64,000 nt of DNA, from NCBI GenBank assembly GCA_029550925.1, contig JAKPGL010000016.1, positions 1,734 through 65,733 on the forward strand, in the 5' to 3' direction. The position numbers and the translations under genes were made by a program. Position 1 is the first letter of the stretch; each line of letters opens with the position of its first letter. A model generated the notes under the pieces. That model made no database searches and had not been told where the DNA came from. It saw only the letters and a program-made list of their open reading frames with translations. This document shows positions 17,690 to 28,231 of the stretch, in pieces. The DNA comes from Planctomycetota bacterium (GTDB lineage Bacteria > Planctomycetota > Planctomycetia > Pirellulales > Thermoguttaceae).

Positions 17690-20329
17690 TCAAGACTGTC
17701 TCAAGTGCGATGAAGCGACGGCCAACAGGATTTGTCCCAGGGCGATGCCGCCGTCGCCGGGCGGTACGTGCTGGTGCAGATATACGGTAAAACCGGCTTG
17801 GTGGAGTCGTTGGTAGGCAAATTGGGTCAGCAAGGCGTTTTGGAAGCAGCCGCCGCTCAGAGCTATCCGACGTACTCCCCACTGCTTTGCCGCCCAGTGG
17901 GCCGCCTTCAAAGCGCCCTCGACCAAGGCGGCATGGAACCGTCGGCTGATCTGTCCTACCGATACCCCCACCGACCGATCCTTCAAGACCGCCTCCACCA
18001 TCGGACGCCAATCTAAAAGCCCAAACCGTAAGCTCTTTTCCTCCGGCGATGTTCCGGCGATCTTCTCTGGGAGGTCAGATTTTTCAGTCCCTTCGATCCA
18101 CGGGAGCGGATAGCCCGGTAGGCGGTGGACTGGTTCTCCCGGTTCTTCCAGGGCGGCGAACTCCAGGGCCATGGCTGCCTGGCCTTCAAAGCTGATCTGT
18201 TCTCCTAACCCGCACAAGGCAGCCACCGCATCGAAAAGTCTGCCCATGCTGGTAGTCCGTGGACAGTTCACCCCCCGGTGGAGCATCGATCGCAGTCCAG
18301 ACTGTTCCATCGGGCTAAACCAGTCCCGTAGCGGGGCGAAGCTATTCCAGGCCCTTTCGCCCAGCAGTTCATACAAAACGGCCAGGGCAGATCGTCGGGG
18401 CTGACGCACCGCCTGGTCGCCGCCCGGTAAAGGAAAACTCCAAAGGGCGCCGACCCGTTCCACCCGACCTGCCTGCCACAAAAGCACTTCGCCGCCCCAG
18501 ATGACGCCGTCCCGGCCATAGCCGGCGCCGTCCCAGGAAAAGCCCAAGATCGGCTCGGCCAAGGTTTCCGGTTTGAGTCCTTGCTCGGCCAAGCAGGCCG
18601 CCAAATGGGCCTCGTGATGTTGCACCCGCAACAAAGGGACCTGCCATTGGCGGGCCATGTGCTCGGCGTATTGGGTGGAGGCATAGTCTGGGTGCAGGTC
18701 GCAGACCACCCGGTCCGGTTCGACCTGGAAAAAGCGGAGAAGGTCTTCTACCGTGTGCTGGAAAACCTCTAGGCTAGGCACATTGTCCAAATCGCCCACG
18801 TGCTGGGATAGGACCACTTGGCTGCCCAGCGAGAGACCGACCGTATTTTTCAAGTGTGCGCCCACGGCCAGGATGGGAGGCATCTCAAACGGCAGGTCGA
18901 TTGGCCGGGGAGCATATCCCCTGGCCCGCCGAAGCACTTGAACAAGCTGGGGGCCTGCGCCAGCAGGCACACCCCCACCGCCGTCCGAAACCTTCGACTC
19001 TCCCCCAAAGAGACCTTCTTGCTCGGCAGTTTTGGCCTTCTCTTCCGGCGGCAACCTGAGCACCCGGACTACCGAATCGTCCACCGGCCGAACTATGGGC
19101 CGGTTGTGCGTGAGGATCAGGTCGGCGATTCGGCCAAGTCTGTCGATGGCTTCGGCGGTCCGGTAGGACATCGGTTCTTCCGAGAGGTTGCCGCTGGTGC
19201 AGACGATAGGCCGACCTACCGCCTCCATGAGCAGTTCGTGCAGCGGGGTGTAAGGCAGCATCACCCCCAGATACGGATTGCCGGGCGCTACGGCCCAGGC
19301 AATCTGCCAGCCGGGACCATCGGGGTCCACCGGGTGATTTAAGGGAACCGGCTCTTTTCGGCGGCGCAAAAGCACGATCGGTGCTTCGGGTGATTGGAGC
19401 AGGACGGCTTCTGACTCGGAGACCCAGCAGACTTGGCGGACTTGGTCCAAATGGCTGAACATCAGGGCAAAGGGCTTGTCGGGTCGGCGCTTACGCCGGC
19501 GAAGTTCTAGGACCACTTCCTCCTGGGTCGCATCCGAGAGCAGTTGAAACCCACCCAACCCTTTGAGGGCTACGATCCGGCCTTCCCGAATGGCTTGAGC
19601 GGCCTGCTGCAAGGCGTCCTCTGCCTCGGCCACAGGGACATACGCTGGAGGGGCGTCTTCTTGGGCCGCAGAATGGCGTCTCAGGCTGCTCCGCACCAGC
19701 AGGCGAAGCTTCGGGCCGCACCGTGGGCAGGCGATCGGCTGGGCGTGAAAGCGGCGATCAGCGGGGTTTTCATATTCGGCCTGGCAGTCCGGGCACATGG
19801 CAAAATGAGCCATGCTCGTTCGAGGCCGATCATACGGCAAACCCCGGATGATCGACCACCGGGGCCCGCAATGGGTGCAGTTGGTAAACGGATACCGATA
19901 GCGCCGCTGGCTGGCCGAGAGAATTTCCGCCCGGCAGGCAGCGCAAAGGGCCAGGTCTGCGGGAATGATCGGACGAATCGCTTCCTCCAGGCTGCTGGCG
20001 ATGATCTGGAAGTCGGCCATTGTCGGACCGGCCGGCTGTTCGACCACCTCCAGAGCGTCGATCCGAGCCTGGGGTGGGCAATTCTCTCGAATGGCCTGGA
20101 CAAAGGATTCCAATTGCCCCGAGGGGCCTTCGACGAGAATATCCACCTGTCCGCTGGTGTTTTTTACCCAACCGGCCAGCCCCAGCGCCCGGGCCGTATT
20201 ATATATAAAAGGCCGGAACCCCACGCCCTGTACAATCCCTCGCACCCGGAGCAGCCATCGGCAACGCTGCGAGACGGCGGGAAGTTCTGATTTGTCTGAC
20301 TGGTTGGGTAAATCGTGGGGTTTTTTCAT
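17690..20329 (-). CDS. hypF: [NiFe]-hydrogenase maturation carbamoyltransferase
   Basis: Acylphosphatase 'GIVQGVGFRPF', zinc fingers (CAAC/CTHC/CPDC/CPRC), YrdC-like 'KGLGGF', Kae1-like 'DLHPDY', 'QHHEAH', 'PPGDGGIALGQ'. Probable start 20329. Confidence 0.95.
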   Translation of the reverse strand: MKKPHDLPNQSDKSELPAVSQRCRWLLRVRGIVQGVGFRPFIYNTARALGLAGWVKNTSGQVDILVEGPSGQLESFVQAIRENCPPQARIDALEVVEQPAGPTMADFQIIASSLEEAIRPIIPADLALCAACRAEILSASQRRYRYPFTNCTHCGPRWSIIRGLPYDRPRTSMAHFAMCPDCQAEYENPADRRFHAQPIACPRCGPKLRLLVRSSLRRHSAAQEDAPPAYVPVAEAEDALQQAAQAIREGRIVALKGLGGFQLLSDATQEEVVLELRRRKRRPDKPFALMFSHLDQVRQVCWVSESEAVLLQSPEAPIVLLRRRKEPVPLNHPVDPDGPGWQIAWAVAPGNPYLGVMLPYTPLHELLMEAVGRPIVCTSGNLSEEPMSYRTAEAIDRLGRIADLILTHNRPIVRPVDDSVVRVLRLPPEEKAKTAEQEGLFGGESKVSDGGGGVPAGAGPQLVQVLRRARGYAPRPIDLPFEMPPILAVGAHLKNTVGLSLGSQVVLSQHVGDLDNVPSLEVFQHTVEDLLRFFQVEPDRVVCDLHPDYASTQYAEHMARQWQVPLLRVQHHEAHLAACLAEQGLKPETLAEPILGFSWDGAGYGRDGVIWGGEVLLWQAGRVERVGALWSFPLPGGDQAVRQPRRSALAVLYELLGERAWNSFAPLRDWFSPMEQSGLRSMLHRGVNCPRTTSMGRLFDAVAALCGLGEQISFEGQAAMALEFAALEEPGEPVHRLPGYPLPWIEGTEKSDLPEKIAGTSPEEKSLRFGLLDWRPMVEAVLKDRSVGVSVGQISRRFHAALVEGALKAAHWAAKQWGVRRIALSGGCFQNALLTQFAYQRLHQAGFTVYLHQHVPPGDGGIALGQILLAVASSHLRQS

Positions 20330-20639
20330 GGGGCAGTTTCTGGGCTGTATTGGCGTCCCAAAGCCGTCCCCCCTTATCGAAAACACCTTCCTGAGACGCC
20401 CGTCTTCCTTCCTTAAGTGTATCGGGCGTGCATTGGGAAGGTAAGGGCGGAGAAGGTGCGTCGATCCCCCCAGGCAATTTTCCCCAGAAGTAGGGTCCGC
20501 TTTGCGCCGAAGGCAACCTTACCTATCATATACCCATTTCCCCTCCAACCGACGGCGATCCGCAGGATTGCCCTTGGTCGATCTCCTTCGGAGGGAAGTT
20601 GCGCAGGCAGTCATTTTGGGAGAAGGATTCCCCCCAACG

Positions 20640-22637
20640 ATGGATACCGGATTGAACGAAGCCCAACGGGAAGCGGTGGCAACCCTGTCCGGGCCGCTTT
20701 TGGTCTTGGCCGGGGCTGGCGCCGGAAAGACCCGGGTGGTTACCTATCGGATAGCGGCCCTGATTCGGCATAAGACCGCGCCGGATCGGATTTTGGCGGT
20801 TACGTTTACGAACAAGGCGGCCCGGGAAATGCAGGAGCGGGCAATGGCCTTGCTGGGTCGGAAAAAGCGGACGGCGGCTCGACCAGAAATTTCTACGTTT
20901 CATTCATTGTGTGTACGGATATTGCGTCGGCATATAGATCGGCTTGGTTATCCGAAGGAGTTTGCCATCTACGATCGGGCGGAGCAAGAAGGGGTGGCTC
21001 GAACTGTCCTGCGGGAAATCCAGGCCCCTACCGCCCTTTTGCGCCCCGGCGACCTAGTCAGTTTGATAAGCTGGTGGAAATCCGCAGGCATTCGACCGGC
21101 AGAAGCCATCGCCCAGGCCCGCACCGATCGGGAGCACTTGGCGGCCTCGGCCTATCGGAGATATCAAAAAGCCATGCAGGCCGCCGGCGCCGTGGATTTC
21201 GACGACCTGCTCCTGTGTACCGAAGAACTCTTCGAGAGATTTCCTGAAGTGCGCCAGGCCGAGGCCAACCGATTCGACCACATCCTGATCGACGAATATC
21301 AGGACACCAATGCGGTACAGTATCGGATTGTCCGTGCATTGGCCTTGCCGCACCGGAACCTGGCCGTGGTGGGCGACGACGACCAATCCATCTACGCCTG
21401 GCGGGGCGCCCAAGTGGAGCATATCCTCCGATTCCAGCACGATTGGCCGGACGCCAAAATTGTTCGGCTCCAGATCAACTACCGTTCGACGCGGGAAATT
21501 CTTACCTGGGCGAATCGGTTGATTGCGTTTAACAAACATCGACACCCGAAAGAGCTTCAGGCCACCCGTTCGGGGCCGCCGCCGCGGATTTTGCAGTTTC
21601 CCGACGAGGCCGAGGAAGCCGCCGGGGTGGTGGGAGAAATCAAGGCCCGTTTGTCTGGGGGACAGGCCAGGCCGAAGGATTTCGCCATTCTCTGCCGAAC
21701 CAATGAACAGTCCCGCCCGTTTGAGCAAGAGCTGCGAAAGGGGAAAATCCCCTATGTGCTGGTGGGCGGCATGTCGTTTTTCGACCGCAAAGAGGTGCGG
21801 GATGTGCTGGCCTATTGGCGGCTGCTCGTGCATCCGGAGGACGACCAATCGCTGCTGCGGATTTTGAATCGTCCGCCGCGGGGAATCGGACCGGCTACGG
21901 CGGAAGCCTTGGTAAATGCTTCTATCCAGCAGCGGGCGCCGGTTTGGGAGGTGTTGCAGTCCGAGCGGCGTCCGCCGGACCTGCCGCCCACGGCCGTCCA
22001 AGGGCTGGATCAATTCTGCCAATTGATTCAGGAGTTTCGCCGTCGGGTGCAAAAAGGCCCCCTGGTCGAAACACTTCGCGAAATGCTGGACCGGGTCGGT
22101 TACCGAAGGGAAATTGAAAACAGTTATCCTGACCCCAATGACCAGGAATCCCGTTGGGCTGCCGTCGAAGAATTGATCAATGCGTTGAGCCTTTACACGG
22201 CCCGTGCCAAACAGCCTAATCTGAACGAGTTTTTGCAGGAACTGGCCCTGACCGGCCAAGACCAAGAAGAGGAAAACCTTCTGGAGCGGGACGCCGTGGT
22301 GCTGATGACTCTGCACAGCGCCAAGGGCCTGGAATTTTCCGAGGTCTATTTGGTGGGCATGGAAGAGGGGCTATTGCCGCATAAAAAGTCGATCGGCGAA
22401 AATGAACAGGCCATCGAAGAAGAGCGTCGGCTTTGCTATGTGGGTATGACGCGGGCGAAAGATCGGCTGACGTTGACCTTGGCGCTAAGCCGACGCAAAT
22501 GGGGCAAAGCGCGCCCCACCATTCCAAGCCGATTTTTGTACGAGGCCCTTGGCAAAGCGGATAGCCCCAACTACCAGAGGGTCAAAAAAGGCCGCCGTCC
22601 CGCGCCGCGGCCTGCCAAAGACCAAAAGAAAAAATAG
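20640..22637 (+). CDS. UvrD/PcrA/Rep superfamily I DNA helicase
   Basis: 'LNEAQREAV', 'AGAGAGKT', 'DEYQDTN', 'VGDDDQSIYAWRGA', 'TLHSAKGLEF', 'EERRLCYVGMTRAK'. Confidence 0.93.
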   Translation: MDTGLNEAQREAVATLSGPLLVLAGAGAGKTRVVTYRIAALIRHKTAPDRILAVTFTNKAAREMQERAMALLGRKKRTAARPEISTFHSLCVRILRRHIDRLGYPKEFAIYDRAEQEGVARTVLREIQAPTALLRPGDLVSLISWWKSAGIRPAEAIAQARTDREHLAASAYRRYQKAMQAAGAVDFDDLLLCTEELFERFPEVRQAEANRFDHILIDEYQDTNAVQYRIVRALALPHRNLAVVGDDDQSIYAWRGAQVEHILRFQHDWPDAKIVRLQINYRSTREILTWANRLIAFNKHRHPKELQATRSGPPPRILQFPDEAEEAAGVVGEIKARLSGGQARPKDFAILCRTNEQSRPFEQELRKGKIPYVLVGGMSFFDRKEVRDVLAYWRLLVHPEDDQSLLRILNRPPRGIGPATAEALVNASIQQRAPVWEVLQSERRPPDLPPTAVQGLDQFCQLIQEFRRRVQKGPLVETLREMLDRVGYRREIENSYPDPNDQESRWAAVEELINALSLYTARAKQPNLNEFLQELALTGQDQEEENLLERDAVVLMTLHSAKGLEFSEVYLVGMEEGLLPHKKSIGENEQAIEEERRLCYVGMTRAKDRLTLTLALSRRKWGKARPTIPSRFLYEALGKADSPNYQRVKKGRRPAPRPAKDQKKK

Positions 22638-22659
22638 CCCCCAAAGGAGGGCACATCCT

Positions 22660-23940
22660 ATGGGCCAGGTCGATTCCGTGCAGTTGCTCCAGCAGTTGGT
22701 CCGTATCCCCAGCGTCAATCCCATGGGACGGCCTGTTTCTTCCGAACCGTCCGCCGAGGGACCGGAGCCGGGAGAGTCGGCGGGGATGTTCTCCGAAGGG
22801 CGGCTTACGGACTTTCTGGAACAGTTTTGTCGGCGGTTTGGGCTGGAAGTGTTTCGGCAGCCGGTCTTACCGGGCCGGGAAAACCTGATCCTCCGGCTTC
22901 CGGGCCATCCGCCGCCGGAACAGGGGGGCCAGATTCTGCTTTGGGACGCCCATCAGGATACGGTTCCGCCGGGCCAAATGCCCAATCCGTTTGACGCCCA
23001 ACTGCGCCAGGGCCGACTTTATGGTCGGGGGGCTTGCGATGTCAAAGGCGGTTTGGCGGCGATGCTGGCGGCGTTGGTCCGCTTGGCGTCTGAGTCCGTT
23101 TCGGGCCAGAGCGGATCAGCGTCGTCCGGAACTGCCCCGGCCCGTCGGCCCACTGTCTATCTGGCCGCCACCGTCGATGAAGAGCACGGTATGAGCGGCG
23201 TGCGGGCGGTACAGCAACTTTGGCAGGCCGGCGGGGGCGAGATTTTTCCGCGTCGGCCCGATGCAGCCGTCGTGGCCGAGCCGACCCAACTCCAGGTGGT
23301 TGTCGCCCACAAAGGCGTGATGCGATGGCGATGCCACACCCGGGGCCAAGCCTGCCATAGCAGCCAACCCAGGGAAGGCGTGAATGCGATTTATCTCATG
23401 GCCGAGGTGCTCCAGGCCCTGCAGGAGTATGCGGCAATGGTACCCCAATTGGGCTGGCATCCGTTGTGTGGGCATCCCAGTTTGAGTGTGGGGCGGATTT
23501 ACGGCGGCCAGAGCGTCAACATCGTGCCGGACCGCTGCACCATCGAAATCGACCGTCGGCTTCTGCCGGACGAGTCGCCCCAGCAGGCATGGGAACATTG
23601 TTTGCGGTATCTTTTGGGTTGCTTCACGCAACCGGACCGATTGGAACAGGAACCGCCGTGGCCGCCAATCCCGGGCCTTTCCGACCAGGCAAACAGCGAG
23701 TTGGCGGCGAAGCTGTCGGGTTTGGTTACCGAGGTAACCGGCAAAGACTGCCAGCGCATCGGCGTTCCTTATACTACCAATGCGGGCTTTTACACCCAGG
23801 CCGGGGTCCCCACGGTGGTCTTCGGCCCCGGCTCGATCCAGCAGGCCCATACGAGCGACGAATGGATCGCCCTCGACCAAGTGGAACAAGCCGCCCAGGT
23901 GTTCTACCGGCTAGTTACCAGTTGGTATCTTGCTTCCTGA
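22660..23940 (+). CDS. M20 family metallopeptidase (ArgE/DapE-like deacylase)
   Basis: ATG 22660 after AAGGAGG. 'AHQDTV', 'GRGACDVKGG', 'DEEH', 'AEPT', 'AHTSDEW'. Confidence 0.88.
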   Translation: MGQVDSVQLLQQLVRIPSVNPMGRPVSSEPSAEGPEPGESAGMFSEGRLTDFLEQFCRRFGLEVFRQPVLPGRENLILRLPGHPPPEQGGQILLWDAHQDTVPPGQMPNPFDAQLRQGRLYGRGACDVKGGLAAMLAALVRLASESVSGQSGSASSGTAPARRPTVYLAATVDEEHGMSGVRAVQQLWQAGGGEIFPRRPDAAVVAEPTQLQVVVAHKGVMRWRCHTRGQACHSSQPREGVNAIYLMAEVLQALQEYAAMVPQLGWHPLCGHPSLSVGRIYGGQSVNIVPDRCTIEIDRRLLPDESPQQAWEHCLRYLLGCFTQPDRLEQEPPWPPIPGLSDQANSELAAKLSGLVTEVTGKDCQRIGVPYTTNAGFYTQAGVPTVVFGPGSIQQAHTSDEWIALDQVEQAAQVFYRLVTSWYLAS

Positions 23941-24194
23941 GAAACTCCATCTGCTCAAAGAAGGCTGTGGATAACGGGGTGCCCTAAACACGGAGAAAGG
24001 TCCCCAAACATTGCAATAGGAGACTCCTTTCCTTAACAGGCTCTAACAAAACGGCCTTTGCTACTCACTTCCTCAGGGAGGGAGAATAGGTGGAATCTTT
24101 GGGGGCTTCGTTTTGTTAGAGCTTCTAAGTACGATTCAGGATAGGGGAAATGGAGGTGTGTTAGGTGGGGCGAAAGCCAAGAAAACCAAAACGC

Positions 24195-24225
24195 CCGGCA
24201 GCGCTCGGGCTTACGACGCTGCCGG
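24195..24225 (-). terminator. Putative intrinsic terminator (minus strand)
   Basis: 9-bp stem ccggcagcg/cgctgccgg with an A-rich run on the left (U-tract on minus); between convergent genes. Confidence 0.4.
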
Positions 24226-24408
24226 ACGTCGGTGCGGACTGGGTGTTCCCTCCGGGAACCTCACAACCGGTTCCCGGCGCCAATCGCTCCCTGAAAAGGA
24301 ACCTTGTTTCTGTAGGCCGTTGGGCCGCCTCTTTATGATCCCCCCCTGACCTACTCTTACTCCGCTTCAAAAGCCTTTAGGGCAGTAGTTCTGCTCGTTC
24401 AGGGCCGG

Positions 24409-24738
24409 TTAGAATGTATCCAGGATGAAGTGATGGCCTTGGTGGTAGGCGCGGGGCTGAGGATAAAAGTTTTGCCACCGCTTGTTGTACACCGGAATCC
24501 GCATCTCGGGCGGATACCGGTAGTACAGGTCTTCCGAACTGCGGTAATAGTCCGGGCCCCAGAAGTTCTGGGGATAATACACATAGGGATAATGATAGAA
24601 GCGGTTCCAATCCTGGAAGGTCATGGTGCGGGACCATTGTTGGCCGAAGGCCTGCTGGGCATAGGCTTCGGAGCCAAAAACCGCCCAAACTAACCCCCCC
24701 ACAAGCAGCATGGCACATACAATTTTCCAACGTTTCAT
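24409..24738 (-). CDS. Small secreted Tyr/Pro-rich hypothetical protein (planctomycete-type)
   Basis: Signal peptide ending 'AYA-QQ'; aromatic-rich mature part 'DWNRFYHYPYVYYPQNF...GHHFILDTF'. Confidence 0.8.
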   Translation of the reverse strand: MKRWKIVCAMLLVGGLVWAVFGSEAYAQQAFGQQWSRTMTFQDWNRFYHYPYVYYPQNFWGPDYYRSSEDLYYRYPPEMRIPVYNKRWQNFYPQPRAYHQGHHFILDTF

Positions 24739-24984
24739 CGGCTGGGTTCCTGTCCTATTGGCAGGGAGTGTTCACGCACAGTAAGGTTCTGGTACCTTTA
24801 GGATCGGCTTGTGTTCTGCCCCGTATTGAGGGAATATTCCTTACCACCGGACTGCTCGGTATGAATGATACTTAGCAAAAAATTGATCATTTTGTGTATA
24901 TTATCTGTTTTGCATATATTGAAGTTCCCAAGACCTTATTACTCTTTCCCATCCCACCCTGCCTTCTTAAAAGGAGCGATTTTT

Positions 24985-26184
24985 ATGGATAACCTCGAAT
25001 CCCGCCCCTTTGACCTCTCAAAAGGCCAAGCCCAAACCAGTCGAAGAGACTTCCTCGAAAAAGTCCTGTTCGGCCTGAGTAGTGTGGCCCTCGGGGGAAA
25101 GGCCGTTGGAAGTCTTGCCGCCGACAAGGCCGCCCAAGGGTCAGGGGGCCTTGTCGCATCGGCATCCACCCCGCCCGCCGGCATCCAACCAGCCTCAGCC
25201 GCAACGGCCAATCCCCCGGCCCTGCCGCTAGAAAAAACGCCGATCGTCGATACCCACCTGCACCTTTGGGACCTCAAGAAACTTCGGCTTCCCTGGCTTC
25301 GGCAGGGCGATCCGTTGTGCCGGGATCATCTGCTGGAGGAATATCTCCGGGAGGCCGAGGGGTTGAACATCGTCCAGGCCGTGTATATGGAGGTCGATGT
25401 TCACGACGAAGACCTGGTAAAAGAGGCCGAGTATGTGTTGGACCTTTGCCAAAGGAAGGGCAGTCTTTTGGTGGGGGCGGTCTTAGGCGGTCGGCCTGGC
25501 ACGCCGCAGTTTGCCTCGTCTATCCGTCGGTTTAAGGATTCCCCCTGGGTGAAAGGGGTTCGGCGGATTCCCCGGGATGGCAATACAGCCGTCTGGCTAG
25601 AAAAGCCGTTTATCCAGGACATTCGTCTTTTGGGGGAATTGGGGATGTGTTTTGATCTGTGTATGCCGCCGCAGAAATTATCGGATGCGGTGAAACTGGT
25701 CGATGCTTGTCCGGGCGCCCGATTTGTTTTGGATCACTGCGGCAACGCCGATCCGTTGGCTTTTGCCTCCGCACGGGCCAAGGGCGAATCGGAATCGTCC
25801 GGCGAGAAACCTCCTGCGGGATCGGCCAAGGTTCCTCCGCCGTCGCGTGCGCCGGCGCACGACCCGGAGCAGTGGCGGCGGGACATCGCCCAGCTTGCCC
25901 GGCGGGAACAGGTGGTTTGTAAAATTTCCGGCATCGTCGCCCGGGCGGAGAAAGACCGTTGGCAGCCGAAGGACTTAGCGCCCATTGTGAATCATTGTCT
26001 GGAAGTTTTTGGGCCGGATCGGGTGATCTTTGCCAGCGATTGGCCGGTCTGCACCCGGACGGCCAGGCTCCGGCAATGGGTCTTGGCCTTAAAGGAGATT
26101 GTGCGAGACAGATCGGACGTGGACAACGGGAAACTTTTCTGTCAGAATGCGGTGCGGTTTTACCGACTGCCTGCGCCGACCTAG
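24985..26184 (+). CDS. Tat-exported amidohydrolase_2 family protein (sugar lactonase-like)
   Basis: ATG 24985 after AAGGAG. 'SRRDFL' Tat motif, 'DTHLHLWD', 'LDHCG', 'CKISG', 'FASDWPV'. Confidence 0.85.
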   Translation: MDNLESRPFDLSKGQAQTSRRDFLEKVLFGLSSVALGGKAVGSLAADKAAQGSGGLVASASTPPAGIQPASAATANPPALPLEKTPIVDTHLHLWDLKKLRLPWLRQGDPLCRDHLLEEYLREAEGLNIVQAVYMEVDVHDEDLVKEAEYVLDLCQRKGSLLVGAVLGGRPGTPQFASSIRRFKDSPWVKGVRRIPRDGNTAVWLEKPFIQDIRLLGELGMCFDLCMPPQKLSDAVKLVDACPGARFVLDHCGNADPLAFASARAKGESESSGEKPPAGSAKVPPPSRAPAHDPEQWRRDIAQLARREQVVCKISGIVARAEKDRWQPKDLAPIVNHCLEVFGPDRVIFASDWPVCTRTARLRQWVLALKEIVRDRSDVDNGKLFCQNAVRFYRLPAPT

Positions 26185-26281
26185 GGGATGGAAGGACGCC
26201 GGCTGGTTTTTTGTCGTTGCTAAGTGGTCGTTTAGCGTAGCAAAGGACCAAAGCGGCCCCTTTTGGGGAAGAAGGTTGTTC

Positions 26282-28144
26282 ATGGCGGATTTGATTGCTC
26301 AAGGCGTTGGGGCGGAGCATCGGTGGCGGCGTCCGTTGCCGCTGCGAGAGCCGATTGTGTTGGGCCGGTCGGCGGGCGAGTGGTCGGCGTCTTGGGACCT
26401 GCAGATTTCCCGCCGCCACGCCGAACTCCTTTGGGACGGGCGCCGCTTACAGGTCCGCAAATTACCGGAGGCCAAAAACCCGATCTTTTTCCACGGTCGG
26501 CCGACCTCGGAGTGTCGGCTGCTGCCGGAGGAGCATTTTGTGATCGGGCAGACCTCGTTTCTTTTGGTCGAGCAGCCTTGGATGGTGGAGAGGGATCTAC
26601 CGCCGCCGGAACATGAACATCAGTATAGTCTCCAGGACCTTGCCGCCGTCTCGTTTCGGAACCCGGACCGCCGAATCGAAGTCCTGAGTCGATTGCCCGA
26701 GGCGCTTTCCCAGGCCGTCAGCGATGAGGATATGTGTGTGCGTTTGGTCAGCATGCTTTTGGCCGGTTTGCCGCGGGCGGACACGGCAGCGGCGGCGGTC
26801 CTGGCGGCGCCGACGGAGCAGACCGCGACGTCTGTTTCTCGCTCCCCGTCTGCCGATTCCGCACAAGCGGAAGGGGTGGACCGTCCTATGGAAGAGTTCC
26901 CTCTATCGGGGGCGATTCGGGCGTTGTATTGGGATAGTCGGTTGGCTGGTTCCGCGCCGTTTCGCCCCAGTCAACGGTTGATTCGAGAGGCGGTGCTTCG
27001 GCGGCGGACTCTTTTGCACCTGTGGCGGGGCGGGGGGGAATCGGATCGGCTTTTTACGGACACGGGCCAATATGACTGGGCCTTTTGCACGCCGATCCTC
27101 CCGGAGGGCCTTCCCCCGTGGGTCATTTATTTGGCGGGGCGATTTGCGCCGGCTGCATATTCTGCTGAGGAAAGTCCTCCTTGGGAACTGCGCGAGGACA
27201 TCAAATTTACGGAATTGGCTGGGGCAATGGTGGGTTCCTTACGGCGGATGCGACGCCTGGAACGGCAACAGGCGATCCTCAGTCAGTTTTTCTCGCCTTT
27301 GGTGTTGAAGAATTTAGGCGGCGAGGCGCCGGATCGGCTTCTGGAGCCGCAAGAGACCGAGGCTTCGGTGCTTTTTTGCGATCTGCGAGGTTTTTCCCGG
27401 CGTTCGGAGCAGGAGTCGAAGAACCTGCGGGACCTTTTGGACCGGGTGAGCCAAGCCCTGGGCGTAATGACCCGCCATATTCTGGAAGAAGGCGGCGTGG
27501 TGGGCGATTATCAGGGGGATGCGGCGCTAGGGTTTTGGGGTTGGCCGGTGGTTTGGGACGATATGGTCGAGCGGACCTGCCGGGCCGCCCTGGCCATCCG
27601 ACAGCAGTTCCAAACAGCCGCTCAAAATCCGCAGAGTCCGTTGGCCGGTTTTCAAGTGGGGATTGGCATTGCCGCCGGTCGGGCGGTGGCGGGGAGGATC
27701 GGCCCACCGGAGCAGGCGAAAGTTACCGTGTTCGGCCCGGTGGTCAACTTGGCCGCCCGGTTGGAAAGCATGACGAAAATCTTCCATGCGCCGATTTTGC
27801 TCGATTCAGCCATGGCCGAGGCGGTGCGACGGAAGGTCCCGCCAGCCGTGGCTCGTGTTCGCCGGGTGGCGGTGGTTCGGCCCTACGGGATGGACAGCTC
27901 GCTGGAAATCGCCGAACTGCTTCCGCCAGCCGATCAATACCCACTGCTTTCCGACGACCAAATTCGCCTCTACGAAACGGGATTGGATGCATTTCTGGCT
28001 GGTCGATGGCAAGAGGCGTACCAATGTCTGCACCAGCTTCCGGCGGAAGACCAGGTGGCCGACTTTCTGACGGCGTTTATCACCCAACAGAACCGTCAGC
28101 CCCCGCCGCAATGGGACGGAGTGATCCCGATTCAGAGTAAATAG
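26282..28144 (+). CDS. FHA + GAF-like + class III nucleotidyl cyclase
   Basis: FHA ('LGRS', 'ISRRHA', 'KNPIF'); cyclase 'LFCDLRGFS', 'GDYQGDA', 'TVFGPVVNLAARLE'. Confidence 0.88.
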   Translation: MADLIAQGVGAEHRWRRPLPLREPIVLGRSAGEWSASWDLQISRRHAELLWDGRRLQVRKLPEAKNPIFFHGRPTSECRLLPEEHFVIGQTSFLLVEQPWMVERDLPPPEHEHQYSLQDLAAVSFRNPDRRIEVLSRLPEALSQAVSDEDMCVRLVSMLLAGLPRADTAAAAVLAAPTEQTATSVSRSPSADSAQAEGVDRPMEEFPLSGAIRALYWDSRLAGSAPFRPSQRLIREAVLRRRTLLHLWRGGGESDRLFTDTGQYDWAFCTPILPEGLPPWVIYLAGRFAPAAYSAEESPPWELREDIKFTELAGAMVGSLRRMRRLERQQAILSQFFSPLVLKNLGGEAPDRLLEPQETEASVLFCDLRGFSRRSEQESKNLRDLLDRVSQALGVMTRHILEEGGVVGDYQGDAALGFWGWPVVWDDMVERTCRAALAIRQQFQTAAQNPQSPLAGFQVGIGIAAGRAVAGRIGPPEQAKVTVFGPVVNLAARLESMTKIFHAPILLDSAMAEAVRRKVPPAVARVRRVAVVRPYGMDSSLEIAELLPPADQYPLLSDDQIRLYETGLDAFLAGRWQEAYQCLHQLPAEDQVADFLTAFITQQNRQPPPQWDGVIPIQSK

Positions 28145-28231
28145 TCCAGAAGCGGGACGTATCTTCCACGGCGTCCGTACAGGGAGTTCTTCGAGGCTGG
28201 ATGAGAGGGGTTACCTTCCGAGCCTCCCGGC

